NCBI GenBank assembly: GCA_038087875.1
Contig: CM075990.1
Coordinates: 3,350,001-3,414,000 of the forward strand
Length of the DNA stretch: 64,000 bases
Reading direction: 5' to 3'
DNA from: Malacoraja senta
Taxonomy: Eukaryota
Shown here: positions 1 through 12,136 of the stretch, piece by piece
Position numbering within the stretch: the first letter of the stretch is position 1
Layout: each line of letters begins with the position of its first letter
Made by a program: the position numbers and the translations under genes
Notes under the pieces: model-generated
Databases searched by the model: none
What the model saw: only the letters and a program-made list of their open reading frames with translations
Told to the model about the DNA's origin: nothing

Positions 1-322
1 CAAGCTACGACAAGGTAGGATAATTCAGTCGCCGGTACCTGTCGCCAGTTGACGTAGGTAGTCGCCAATGGAATTCACCGAAGTCAGCAGCAGCAACAAC
101 CTCCGTCATCCTGGCGACAGCACGTACGTCAGGCTACGATCATTGGCGTCAAGCCCACGGGCGGCGAAACGTTTTGAACATTTCAAAATCCAGCGGCGAG
201 CAGTAAAAAGGTACCACCCTTTGGACGACTGAGGAGACCATACAGGCGACACCCCAGCGACCATGTGGCGACAGCCTTGTTGCCTGTAGTCGCCTAAAAA
301 ATCGCCCAAGTGGGACAGGGGC
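1..322. mobile_element. PIF/Harbinger-type MITE, right part (left end outside window)
   Basis: Ends in aaaatcgcccaagtgggacaggggc, the reverse complement of the GGGCCTGTCCCACTTGGGCGATTTT TIR family; internal ttgaacatttcaaaatccagcggcga is shared with the MITE at 14841-15086. Confidence 0.75.
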
Positions 323-415
323 ATAAGAATGAATCTCTCCAAGGATCTGGGCACTTTCTTCCCTCTCTTCCCACAAGGTCCAACTTGGTCTGGCCCTTGG
401 GATTTATCCACCTTA

Positions 416-843
416 GTGCTTGTCTGTACGGAGTTTGTACGTTCTCCCGAAGGTAGACACTAAAATGCTGGAGTAACTCAGCGGGACAGGCAGCATCCCT
501 GGAGAGAAGGAACAGGTGACGTTTCAGGTCGAGACCCTTCTTCAGAGATGAGTTACTTCAGCATTTTGTCTCGACCTTCGATTGAAACCAGCATCTGCAC
601 TTCTTTCCTGCACAGTTTGTACATTCTCCCCGTGACCTGCATGGGTTTCCTCCGGGAAGCTCCAGATTCCTCCCACATTCCAAAGACGTACAGGTTTGTA
701 GGCCAATTGGCTTGGTATAATTGTAAATTGTCCCTAGTGTGTGTAGAATAGTGTTAGTGTGCGGGGATCGCTGGTCGGCACGGACTCGGTGGGCCGAAGG
801 GCCTGTTTCCGTGCTGTATCTCTAAGCTAAACTAAACTAAACT
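416..843 (+). mobile_element. HE1-type V-SINE (5'-truncated) interrupted by a PLE mini-element
   Basis: V-domain tgtctgtacggagtttgtacgttctcccc...tcctcccacattccaaagac; 3' ggtgggccgaagggcctgtttcc; (aaact)n tail. Confidence 0.85.
449..613. mobile_element. Penelope-derived fold-back mini-element with hammerhead-like motif (minus, 518-545)
   Basis: Inverted arms aaaatgctggagtaactc / gagttacttcagcatttt; 17-bp TSD agtttgtac(g/a)ttctccc at 432-448 and 614-630. Confidence 0.8.
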
Positions 844-914
844 GGTGCAATTTTAAACTGCCAATAACTCCTCTTTGGTCATTTTAAACCAAAGAAAACT
901 GGAGGATGGTACAT

Positions 915-1053
915 GTATTTCTTATCATGTATCTGTACACTGTAAATGGCTCGATTGTAATCATGTACTGTCTTTCCGCTGACTGGTTAGCACGCAACAA
1001 ATGCTTTTCACTGTACCTCGGTACACGAGACAAATTAAACTGAACTGAACTGT
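915..1053 (+). mobile_element. Rex1/Babar-like LINE 3' UTR fragment
   Basis: gattgtaatcatgt...gcttttcactgtacctcggtacacg matches the 3' end of the Rex1-like element at 10635-11190. Confidence 0.6.
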
Positions 1054-1059
1054 ACTGTT

Positions 1060-1195
1060 ATTAAGAAGGGCCGCAAAGAGACGACAGGGAACTACAGGCC
1101 GCTGAGCCTGACAACAATGGTGCGGAAATTACTGGTGGGGATTCTGACTGACAAGATCCGCCAGCACTTAGATAGACAAGACTGATTGGGAACAG
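1060..1195 (+). mobile_element. CR1 LINE ORF2 fragment (pre-RT region)
   Basis: Translates to KKGRKETTGNYRPLSLTTMVRKLL; NYRPxSL is a LINE RT-proximal motif. Confidence 0.7.
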
Positions 1196-2104
1196 TCCCA
1201 AAAGATAGATGGGAAAAGTATCTGATGAATACACATAATTGTTCCATTAATGCAAGACATAATTTAATTCAATTTAAATTATTACATAGACTATATTATT
1301 CAAAAACGAGGTTGAATAAATTTTACCCAAACGTCTCTCCCAGATGCGATAAATGTTTGTTTCAAAATGCCAATATAACACATTCATTTGTAGGATGTAC
1401 AAAGTTGAATACATTTTGGAGCGATATATTTGATATATTTACAAAGCTCTTCAAGTCAAGAATAGAACCTAATATGGAATGGATTATATTTGGAATAATA
1501 TTAGAAGATAGCAATTTAAACAAAGACCAGAAAGTATTCTTTAATTATGGGTTAATAATTGGAAAGAAATTGATACTTAAATTTTGGAAAAATACAGCTA
1601 TACCAACTATTAAAATGTGGATTAGGAATATGACGGACATAGCACACCTTGAAGAAATGAGACTCCGCCTAATAGATAAATATGACCAATTCTTAAGGAG
1701 TTGGTCCCCTTTCATCGACTTTTTGGAATCATGTTGATGCAGCAGTACCGTAAAGATTACTGATTTCAGATCAGGTCGTGGATAGATTTACATCTCCAAA
1801 CAAAGATTTGAAAATTTCTTTTTTAAGGGTCTTTTTCTCCTATTTCTACTTTCTATTTTTTCTTTTCTTATATACACACTTCACGTTTTTCTATTTTCTA
1901 CTATTTATTTTTCCTCTTTCTTTTCTCTATTTTTTTTTCTTTCTTTCTTTTTTATTTTTTACCTCCTTTTCAAAAACATAAAACTAGAGGTTGTACATAG
2001 AATGCATTACGTTATGACATAGTTGGCACCTAAAATTAGGTGCCACTGTATTGTTTTGTATTGTATTAACTTCTAATCAAATAAACAAAACAACAAAAAA
2101 AAAA
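1196..2104 (+). mobile_element. L1-clade LINE 3' fragment (ORF2 C-terminus, T-rich 3' UTR, poly-A)
   Basis: ORF to 1737 with QFKLLHRLYY and zinc-knuckle-like CDKC...H...C, ending WSPF; aaataaa plus A-rich tail at ~2080-2104. Confidence 0.85.
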
Positions 2105-2188
2105 GAGTTTTTTTTTAAACATTGCCACACATTTTACTCAAGTCCTTAGTATCATGATCTTCTGCGCCATAAAACTTGACGAGAAATC

Positions 2189-3311
2189 GGCCACGGTGGC
2201 GCAGCGGTAGAGTTGCTACCTTACAGCGCTTGCAGCACCGGAGACCCAGGTTCAATCCCAACTACGGGTGCTGTCTGTACGGAATTTGTACATTCTCCCC
2301 GTGACCGCGTGGGTTTTCTCCTGGATCTTCGGTTTCCTCCAACACTCCAAAGACGTACAGGTTTGTAGGCTAATTTTGATTGATTTGATTTGATTAAATT
2401 TATTGTCATTGTCTTCAATTAAGAGACAACAAAATTCTCTTTCCCTTACAGTCATACAAAAAATAAAATTTAAAAAACATAAAAACACAGAACACAATAG
2501 TCCACAACACAAACATCCCCACAGCGGCACCAAAGTTCCCCACTGTGAGGGAAGGAACCAAAGTCCAGTCAACCTCCTCGTCGATGTTCCCCAATGTTCA
2601 CCCGTGGTCGGGGCCTCCCGAGCACCCCCATAGTCGCCGCTACGGGCGGCCCGATGTTCAGGCCCACTCGCCGGGAACCTCTCGTTGGCCACCTTCCACC
2701 GTAGTCCGCGGCTCCCGATGTCCACAGGCTGCGCTGGGCAGAGATTCGCGCTGACGAACCCCGGCAAAGGGTCCCAGGACTCCGCGATGTTAAAGTCAGC
2801 GCCGCCCGCGTTGGGAGCTCCGCGAACCACAGCTCCACGATGTTGGAGCAGCGGCACAGCACTCCGGAGCTCCAAGCGACGATCCCAGGAAGGCCTTGCC
2901 CGTTCCGCGATGTTTCCAGCACCTCGCCGCCGCTGCTGAGGCTCTGGTCCAGTCCCGGCAGGAAAGGTCGCGCCAATCCAGCTGGTAGGCCGCGAGGGGG
3001 GGGGGGGCGAGGACGCGACTCAGATAGTAGCCGCATCCTCGCCGGGAAGCGACTGAAGGACGGTTTCCCCCCTACCCTTCCCGCTTCCCCCCACATAAAA
3101 TACCGAAAAACCCCTAAAAAACTAAAAAAACACACTCTAAACATAACAAAATAAAAAAAGACAGCCAGACCGTGAGCGGAGGCAGCTAGCAACAGCGCCA
3201 CCGGATGTCCTGTTCATCTTGGTATAAGTGTAAATTGTCCCTAGTGTGTGTAGGATGGTGTTAATGTGCGGGGATCGCTGGTCGGTGAGGACTCGGTGGG
3301 CCGAAGGGCCA
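2189..3311 (+). mobile_element. HE1-type V-SINE split by an ~830-bp insertion
   Basis: tRNA-like head (A box ggtggcgcagcggtag, B box ggttcaatccc) and V-domain to 2376; resumes at ~3217 (cttggtataagtgtaaattgtccc). Confidence 0.85.
2377..3208 (-). mobile_element. Non-coding, non-autonomous LINE-derived element with CpG-rich body
   Basis: Minus strand starts acatccggtggcgctg and ends gacaatgacaataaa plus (aatca)n tail; a related 3' part lies at 14347-14610. Confidence 0.65.
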
Positions 3312-4066
3312 TTTATCTTCAGAAGATTGTCGGGTTTGGATAATCCTGATTTTTTAAATTTCTAAAATGTGAAGTGTCATATTGATGAATTTCATACATA
3401 ATTACAGATGCACACAGTTTATTTATTATGGATTTTACACAAGTGCACATGTTTATATATGTGTATAAAGTAATGTGAGCTGTATTTAAAATCAAAGGCT
3501 CACTGGAAATGGCAGAAATATGCACCATTACTTGACGCATGAAGGCACTGAATTGTACATTTAACATGACCCTGTCAATTGGAACCTTTAATTACGAGTC
3601 CTCAATATCAGTTACACCAGGCTAGCACAGATGCTAAAATCTTCAAAAGCTTGGCTAGTCTACCTTACTTAATCTCAAAAGAACTAAAGCACAAACCATG
3701 TATCAAAAACAACATCAATGAAATATCATTGCTCCAATACCAGTCGCCAGTTATTGGCTGGTTAAACCTCACAGGGTCGAACCACATATTTTCTCACCAA
3801 CCCCCCCCCCCCCCCCTCCCCACACACTTCCACATATTTATTTTTTATTTACTAGGTTTATTTTTCAGGATCTAGTTTGGCATATACATGAGGCTCAGAA
3901 TGCTATAAAATTGCTGAGGTATAAAATCGAGTGTGCTCAAACTGTCCACATAGAAATATCTCACAGGCGACATTTCAGTGTAGCAATCTCACCACAATCC
4001 TCCTTGTAAATCAGCTTGTGTTTAGCTTGTTAGTTTGCTGCTGCAGGCCCCTGGTGTGGTGCGGGA

Positions 4067-4068
4067 GA

Positions 4069-4100
<32 letters not shown>
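4067..4100. repeat. (GA)n microsatellite
   Basis: Direct observation. Confidence 0.95.
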
Positions 4101-4105
<5 letters not shown>

Positions 4106-4359
4106 AGTGGCTGGGGATGCTATCTGCGGTAAAGGATCATAAAACTGAAGGAAATAATGGCAGCCTCCTCCCGTCTCCCTGCCCATAGTCAGGTCATGAT
4201 TGCTAGCTCATGCCTAGATGACACAGTGGTGGGAGCCCTGTATATCATAAACACACCGAGGAACGTCACCTATCAAGACAGTCTCCAGCAATTCAATTTA
4301 CTTCCGAGAGCCTTTCGGAGGCATGCCGTAAAAATGGTCAAATAATACACTTAAGAGGA

Positions 4360-5075
4360 TAGACACAAAGGGCTGGAGTAACTCAGCGGGACAGGCAGCA
4401 TCTCTGGGTGACAATACGGGTCGAGACCCTTCTTCAACCCAAAACGTCACCCGTTCCTTCTCTCCAGAGTTGCTGCCTGTTCCGCTGAGTTACTCCAGCA
4501 TTTTGTATCTAAATTAAAGCTGCTGATGTTGAAGGCACTGTAGAGGGCTTCAGACCCGAAACATCACCCTTCCTTGTTTATCCAGAGATGCTGCCTGTCC
4601 TGCTGAGTTAAGGGCCTGTCCCACGGGCATGCAACTCCATGCGGCAAGCGCGACCTAACCGCAAGCGGGGGCCGCGCGGAGGTCGCGGGGCCGGTCCCAC
4701 TTCGATCGCGGGAGCCGCATGGAGTTGTGCGGAGCTGGTCCCGACATCACGCGGGGCTCCGAAAAACTGACACTGTTCAAAAATTCCGTGCGGCAACGGC
4801 CTGCCACCCCGCAGCCGCATCGAGGCCCTGCGCGCCACATCGACGCCTCGCCGCAGTACGCACCATCTTGACGGCACTCGACCTCCGCGCGGCCCCCGCT
4901 TCCGGTTTGGTAGCGCTTGCCGCATGCAGCCGCATGCTGGTGGGACCGGCCCTGTACGGGGATCACTCGACCTCCGCGCGGCCCCCGCTTGCGGTTAGGT
5001 CGCGCCTGCCGCATGGAGTCGCACGCCCGTGGGACAGGCCCTTTACTCCACCATTTTGTGTCTATCTTCGGTGTC
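4360..5075. mobile_element. Composite PLE fold-back element hosting a MITE
   Basis: 13-bp TSD acacttaagagga at 4347-4359 and 5076-5088; inverted pLTR arms plus a second tandem arm. Confidence 0.75.
4611..5042. mobile_element. PIF/Harbinger-type MITE (GC-rich subfamily)
   Basis: TIRs agggcctgtcccacgggc...gcccgtgggacaggccct; TSD TTA at 4608-4610 and 5043-5045. Confidence 0.92.
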
Positions 5076-5399
5076 ACACTTAAGAGGAGATTTTTTTCCG
5101 TCCAGGTCATTGTTTTTCCCGTTGAGTTTTCAAACTCCAATTTTGGGTGCCGGCTTCATTTTTGCTGGATTTATGTAAAATGTGTGCGCCGGCTGTAAAA
5201 ATAGATCACTTTGAATCTATTTCACCTCTTGGTAAAGCAGCAAGTCCACAAGTCAGGTCAATAAAAGAATAATCAATGGGCAAGTTACGTATATTTAAGG
5301 AGGTCAAAAGACAGATTGATCAGCAAACAGAATAAGTAACAATTAAATTATCCATTACATGGGTCACTCTGTGGCTAAATATTCCTTTTAATTCCTTTG

Positions 5400-5505
5400 T
5401 CCATCAGTCTGAAGAAGGGTCTCGACCCAAAACGTCACCCATTCCTGCTCTCCAGAGATGCTGCCTGTCCCGCTGAGTCACTCCAGCATTTTGTATCTGT
5501 CTTCC
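5400..5505 (+). mobile_element. PLE pLTR fragment with hammerhead-like motif (G12 to A variant)
   Basis: ctgaagaagggtctcgacccaaaacgtc at 5409-5436. Confidence 0.75.
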
Positions 5506-5653
5506 TTTTAAATCCATATGCGATGACTTGCAAGAATACACGTGGTGTATTTTGCTGCCATTGTGATAATGAGGTGAAAGGCACTTGCAAAAGAAATAAG
5601 ACACCAGGTGCTGGAGTAACTCAGCGGGTCAGACTGCATCGCTGGAGAACATG

Positions 5654-6254
5654 GATAGACAATAGACAATAGACAATAGGTGCAGGAGTAGGCCATTTGG
5701 CCCTTCGAGCCAGCACCGCCATTCAATGTGATCATGGCTGATCATCCCCAATCAGTACCCCGTTCCTGCCTTCTCCCCATATCCCCTGACTCCGCTATCT
5801 TTAAGAGCCCTATCTAGCTCTCTCTTGAAAGCATCCAGTGAACCTGCCTCCACCGCCCTCTGAGGCAGAGAATTCCACAGACTCACCACTCTCTGTGAGA
5901 AAAAGTGTATCCTCGTCTCCGTTCTAAATGGCTTACTCCTTATTCTCAAACTGTGGCGCCTGGTTCTGGACTCCCCCAACATCGGTAACATGTTTCCTGC
6001 CTCTAGTGTGTCCAAGCCCTTAACAATCTTATATGTTTCAATGAGGTACCCTCTCATCCTTCTAAACTCCAGAGTGTACAAGCCCAGCTGCTCAATTCTC
6101 TCAGCATATGACAGTCCCACCATCCCGGGAATTAACCATGTAAACCTACGCTGCGCTCCATCAATAGCAAGAATGTCCTTCCTCAAATTATGGGACCAAA
6201 ACTGCACACAATACTCCAGGTGTGGTCTCACTAGGGCTCTGTACAACTGCAGAA
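5654..6254 (-). mobile_element. CR1/HER1 LINE 3' fragment inserted in a PLE mini-element (5600-6377)
   Basis: YRALVRPHLEYCVQFWS...RTRRHSLRI ORF2 C-terminus; (ctattgt)n tail. Confidence 0.92.
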
Positions 6255-7344
6255 GGTGATGTTTCAGGTCGGGATCCTTCTTTAGTCTGAGTCGGAAGAT
6301 TCCTAACTCAAAACCTCACCTAACCATGTTCCCCTGAGATGCCGACTGACCCGCTGAGTTACTCCAGCACTCTGTGACTTAGAGAATTGCAATTTGGCTG
6401 CATTGTGCAGGCCAATGTATACCTGAATACTTCATTTGTATCAGTTACAAGTGTTTTTAATAAATGTATTACAAGTATTATTTTCAAATTCTTTTACATA
6501 ATTTAATTATTTTATATTATTCGAATCAATGTTTTCCAGAGATGCTGCCTGACCCGCCGAGTTACTCCAGCACTTTGTGTGTCATTTTTGGTAAACCACC
6601 ATCTGCAGTTCCTTGTTTCAGCTTGTATGAAATGTTGGCCATTACTGTGGCTCGTAAGACTTAAGTCAAAGTCAGAGTATAGAAGAGGAGGTAGTTGAGG
6701 CAGGTTTGAAGAGACAGGTACATGGATAGGACAGGTTTGGAGGATATGGGCCAAACGCAGGCAGGTGGTTCTAGTCTAGATGGGACATGTTGGTCGGTAT
6801 GGGCAGGTTGGGCCAAATGGCCAGTTTCCATACTGTATGACACTATGATCCTATAAGACATAGGAGCAGAATTTGACCATTCAGCCCATCGAGTCTCATC
6901 CCTGGCTTGGCAGCAGCTCCCCCACCTCCAGATTGTGGGTCTGGTGTTAATGATGTTTCGTGACTGAGCTTCCATCCAGAGGCCTGGGGCAGTGATCCAG
7001 AGACAAGAGTTCAAATCTCACCACGGTAGCAGGGGAATTTAACTTCAAGTAATTAACTAAATTCAGGATTTTATTTTTAAACTTGCATCGGTGATGCTTG
7101 CTGCCACGCAAGCTCAGAGTGCTGGTAACATAATCGTGGGCACCAGTGTTAAATAGAGGCGGTGAGGCTCACGAGACATTTCAGATGTCGATCTCCTTAC
7201 AGGTGAAGTTATCAGATTGTTGCAAAAAACCATGTGATTCCTTCATGTCATTTCGGGAAAGAACACTATCGTCCTTAGCAAGAAAAACATATGCTGGTGG
7301 AGGAACTCGGCAGGCCAGACGAAAGACGATGTCAAGCCCGAAGA

Positions 7345-7550
7345 AGGCAACCGAGAGACCGCGTAGACCAAGACGGACTGAGCGTAAGCGTTCAGTGAAA
7401 CGACCGGCGAGTCTGAGCTTGGTCCCGCCGATATATAAGAGCCCACCTTGAGAACAATGGATACAGTCGACGAGGTTGGAGGAGGTGCAAGTGAATCTCT
7501 GCCTCACCTGAAAGGACTGTCGGAGTCCCTGGATGGAGTCGAGGGAGGAA
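7345..7550 (-). mobile_element. Penelope-like element GIY-YIG endonuclease fragment (degenerate)
   Basis: FTCTSSNLVDCIHCSQGGLLYIGGTKLRLAGRFTERLRSVR matches the PLE Uri/GIY-YIG pattern; flanked by pLTR pieces at 7290-7345 and 7560-7690. Confidence 0.85.
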
Positions 7551-7693
7551 CCACAATAGGGTGCAGAAAGGAACTGCAGATGCTGGTTTAAATCGAAGAT
7601 AGACACAAAATGCTGGAGTAACTCAGCGGGACAGGCAGCATCTCCGGAGAGGAGGAATGGGTGAAGTTTTGGGTCGAGACCCTTCTTCACCCT

Positions 7694-8005
7694 TGGGCGA
7701 GTCCAGAACCAGGGGCCACAGTCTTAGAATAAAGGGGAGGCTGAGGTGAGAAAAAACTTTTTCACCCAGAGAATTGTGAATTTGTGGAATTCCCTGCCAC
7801 AGAGGGCAGTGGAGGCCAAATCACTGGATGGATTTAAGAGAGAGTTAGATAGAGCTCTAGGGGGTAGTGGAATCAAGGGATATGGGGAGAAGGCAGGCAC
7901 GAGTTATTGATTGGGGACGATCATCCATGATCACAATGAATGGCGGTGCTGGCTCGAAGGGCCAAATGGCCTCCTCCTGCACCTATTTTCTATGTTTCTA
8001 TGTTT
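7694..8005 (+). mobile_element. CR1/HER1 LINE 3' fragment
   Basis: gagtccagaaccaggggccacag...gcacctattttctatgtttctatgttt tail. Confidence 0.9.
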
Positions 8006-8775
8006 CAGACTGATGTCAGGGGAGAGTCTGAAGAAGGGTCTCGACCCGAAACATCACCCGTTCCAGCATTTTGTGCCTATCTTCGAACTACAGTAGAGTA
8101 GCTGGTCGTATCTCCTCATTGTTTGTGGGACCTTACCACACCCAGATATCTGTCACTTTTCCCATACACTAACAGTAGCAACTCGTCACAGAAAGATTAG
8201 TTGTAAAAACATGTTGGCACTCCTGCAATGAAAGTTAAATCTTTCTTTGTCGAACCATTGCTCATATTACAGCATGGCCAAGCATTTTTGTGGGGAAAAT
8301 AAAATATGGCTTTAACATAGGATTAGTGTAAGAGTTGGTGATTGTCAGGAACTCAGTGTGCTTCCGGAACAATTTCCATGATATATTTCTCAATATTACT
8401 GAGTTTGATATATCTTTCAAATGGTGAGTTTGCTTCATGCTAATGCTCCTTAACCAATTGCCTCTAGGTGCAGCGAAGAAACATTTGTATTCAATAACTT
8501 ATAGCCGTTAATGTGTTTTCAATATATGTGATCTTTGTGCATTTTTGCTATTAGTTAACAAGATGGACGTGACAATGGCCCAGATTACAACCATACGTTA
8601 GTTAAACGCGATTGTCAATCGCTATTGCTTTAATACGCCATTACCCTCAGGGAAAGTCAATATTTGTGGATCATGTGCATCTACCTGATAACCCATGTAG
8701 TACAGAGCCTGTTTGGTTTGGTTTAATTTAGTGTCATTTAGTTGAGATTAATTTATTTTAGTTTAGTTTAGTTTC

Positions 8776-9203
8776 TTCTCCGTGGATTGTCACCTTGTTG
8801 TGGTGGAGAAGCTTGTGTGGTCCTGAGATCCTGAGAGCGATGCCGTCTGGAGCTATGCTCCTGGTAGGGCCACCCATGGTGGTAAGGTCGAGGGGGAGGT
8901 CTCTGACAAAGAGCAATCCAACCAAGACCTCAACGGTGGAACAGGCGGAGGACGATGGCTGACCTTAGTGGAGCGTCACAACAGCTGGGAAGGCGGATGG
9001 ATGAAGGCTGCAGCAGAAAAGGGTCTCCGGTCATCTTGGACTCAATGACTCTGGATCCTGACCCAGATCAGTCAAGGACCGTGGGGTGGCTGTCTGTGCA
9101 CCAGTCTCCCCACGATAAACAAAGTCACACACAGGCTTCCTCTATATAGGGAATAGCACCCTGGAGACACCCATGGTCAGCCATGACCGAAGGGGGCCTA
9201 AGG
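8776..9203 (+). mobile_element. RTE-LINE-derived non-autonomous element, copy 1
   Basis: 5' gtggattgtcaccttgttgtggtggagaagcttg resembles RTE-clade 5' ends; near-identical to 53593-53950; inserted in a (tttag)n array. Confidence 0.7.
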
Positions 9204-9314
9204 AGTTTAGTTTAATTTATTTAAGTTTAGTTTAATTTATTTTATTTTATTTTAGTTTAGTTTAGTTTAGTTTAGTTTAGTTTAGTTTATCCGGATACTT
9301 AGTTGAGAGAACAG

Positions 9315-9568
9315 TGGTTCAGCTGGTGAGAGAGCCGCTGTCTCACAGCGCCAGAAACTCGGGGTCGATCCTGACCTCGGGTGCTGTCTATGTGGAGCTT
9401 GCATGTTGCAGGGTTACTTGGCTTCTGTAAATTGCCCCCTAGTGTGAAGGGAGTGGATAGGAAAAGCAGGATAACATAGAATTAGTGTAAAAGCGGGTGA
9501 TCGATGGACGGCACGGACTCGGTGGGCCGAAGGGCCTGTTTCCAAGCTGCATCTCGAAACTAAACTAA
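9315..9568 (+). mobile_element. HE1-type SINE (internally deleted variant)
   Basis: tRNA-like head and CR1-related 3' tail. Confidence 0.75.
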
Positions 9569-9859
9569 AGAAGGGCAGGGCTGGCAGTCCAATGGTCCAG
9601 GTTTGAGATGTGTTAGAAGCGACAGAGAGAGATGGGAAAGAGATTGGGGAGTTGCATTACTGATGCAGTAGACTGTGATGGCTGAACTATGAGAGGACAT
9701 GAGATTCATCCTGGGAGGCTCCACGGATAGAACTCAAGAATAAAAAAGGTGCAATCACCAAGATAGTTATTCTACAGGACTTCCAATAGCAGGTGGGAGA
9801 AAGTGAAACAGAATATACAGGCACATTATGAAGATATAAAAAACAGAAGGGTTATTTTA

Positions 9860-10390
9860 GGGTGACACGGTGGCAAAGCAGTAACACTACTGCCTTACAG
9901 TGGCAGAGAACCAGGTTCGATCCTGACTACGGGTGCTGTCTGTACGGAGTTTGTACGTTCTCCACGTGACCTGCGTGGGTTTTCTCCACGACCTTTGGTT
10001 TCCTCCCACACTCCAAAGACGTACAGGTTTGTAGGTTGATTGGCTTGGTATAATTGTAAATTGTCCCTCGTGAGTGTCGGATAGTGTTAGTGTGCGGGGA
10101 TCACTGGTCGGTGTGGATGTCTGTGGAATTCTCTGCCTCAGAGGACGGTGGAGGCAGGTTCTCTGGATACTTTCAAGGGAGAGCTAGATAGGGCTCATAA
10201 AAATAGTGGAGTCAGGGGAGAAGGCAGGAACGGGGTACTGATTGGGGATGATCAGCCATGATCACATTGAATGGCGGTGCTGGCTCGAAGGGCCAAATGG
10301 CCTACTCCTGCACCTATTGTCTATTGTCTATTGTATATTGACTCGGTGGACTGAAGGGCCTGTTTCTGCGCTGTATCTCTAAACTAAAAC
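9860..10390 (+). mobile_element. HE1-type V-SINE with nested CR1 3' fragment (10120-10338)
   Basis: Full SINE head and V-domain; CR1 tail (ctattgt)n inserted before gactcggtgg. Confidence 0.85.
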
Positions 10391-10634
10391 CATATGAAAC
10401 CCGTGGGTGTTGTTATAAGGAGAGATTGGAGAAGCTGGACTTTCTCTCTGGAACATAGAAGACTTATAAAAGTTTATAAAATTACGAGGAACATAGATAT
10501 AATAGTCAGAGTCTGTTCACCAGGGCAGGAGAGACTGGAACTAGAGGGAACGGATTTCAGGTGAGAGCGGGCACATTTAAAGAGTGGCGCTTGACTGGAA
10601 CGTGATGCCAGAGAAAGTCCAATTTTGATCTATG

Positions 10635-11190
10635 TCCTTTAACTCCCTACAACTCTCAGCAATTCTACAGATACACCGTCGGAAGCATTTTACCGGGATG
10701 CATCACAGCCTGCTTTGGCAACAGCTCCAACCAAGACCGCAAGAAATTGGAGAGAATTGTGGACGTAGCCCAGACCATCACACAAACCAACCTCCCTTCC
10801 ATTGACTCCATCTACACTTCACGCTGCCTTGGCAAGGCCGGCAGCATAATCCTCTCCCATCGGGCAAAAGGTGCAGAAGTGTGAAAACGCACACCTCCCG
10901 ATTCAGGGACAGTTTCTTCCCAGCTGTTATCAGGCAATTGAACCATCCTATCAACAACTAGAGAGCGGTCCTGAACTACTGTCCAGCTCTTCAGAAACCC
11001 TCGGACTATCTTTGATCAGACTTTACTGGGCTTTATCTTGCCCCAAACGTTATTCCCTTTATCCTGCATCTGCACACTGTGGGTGGCTCGATTGTAATCA
11101 GTCCGCTGACTGGATAGCACGCAACTAAAGCTTTTCACTGTACCTCGGTACACGTGACAATAAACTAAACTAAACTAAACTAGACTAACT
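10635..11190 (+). mobile_element. Rex1/Babar-like LINE 3' fragment
   Basis: Degenerate translation FYRYTVGSILPGCITACFGNSSNQDRKKLERIV...LPSIDSIYTSRCLGKAGSII; gtgacaataaa plus (ctaaa)n tail. Confidence 0.8.
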
Positions 11191-11584
11191 GATTGCGGTG
11201 AGCTTTGGATAAATTACTGTGCAGCAGGGGAAGAAAAAAAGAAAGCTGAACATGGGTGCCATATTATCAATAAGAGAGACAGAAGTACAATCCCTGTTAT
11301 CGGTCTTTGCAAACCTAATCTAAGCACTGGCAGTAAGATCTATGCTAATTGGTGGCATTTAGATCTCTGCTAATTGCAGGCTGTAAGCGGCAGATATGGA
11401 GTGTCATTTTAATTCCAATGACAATTTCATTTTTCAACCGACGTTGATTAATGTAACCGAATATATGGGATGGTTGTCCCGCGAGATCCTTCCCAGTAAT
11501 TTAGTGGAATGAAAGGTGTTTGTCCTAAACCGTTTAACACCGTGAGGTGAGGTGCCGTGAAGATGTTTCGCAGGTGGATTTGTG

Positions 11585-11885
11585 GGCGGCACGGTGGCGC
11601 AGCGGTAGAGTTGCTGCCTTAGAGCGCCAGAGTTCGATCCTGACCACGGGTGCTGTCTGTACGGAGTTTGTACGTTCTCCCTGTGACCTGTGTGGGCTTT
11701 CTCCGGGTGCTTCGGTTTCTGCCCGCACTCCAAAGACGTGCAGGTTTGTAGGTTAATTGGCTTTGGTAAAACAATTGTAGTGGTAGCGTACGGGGTGATT
11801 GCTGGTCGGCATGGACTCGGTGGGCTGAAGGGCCTGTGTCCGCGCTGTGGTCTCTAAAGTGTGTCTGTAAAGTTTGAAGTCTAAA
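11585..11885 (+). mobile_element. HE1-type V-SINE
   Basis: A/B boxes, V-domain and tail. Confidence 0.85.
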
Positions 11886-12136
11886 GATGTGTTGGGCAAT
11901 TTCTTTTTACACAGAGGGCTTGGAGCGTGCTGCCAGGGATGGTGGTAGAGGCAGATACAATGGTGCCTATAAGAGGCATTTAGATAGGCACATGGATATG
12001 CAGGGAATGGAGATATATTGATCATGAGCAGTCAGAGGAGATTGGTTTAACTTGGCATCATGTTCGGGACAGACAATGCGGGCCGAATGAGCTATGTTCT
12101 ATTATCAATAGAAACTTATACTATAATAGGATCGTA

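Noticed and set aside
1186..1737. Host zinc-finger gene
   Set aside because: It is the C-terminus of an L1-clade ORF2 followed by 3' UTR and poly-A, and lacks the upstream RT.
2252..3201. 207-aa and 210-aa ORFs
   Set aside because: Stop-poor GC-rich repeat body; no recognisable protein motifs and frames open on both strands.
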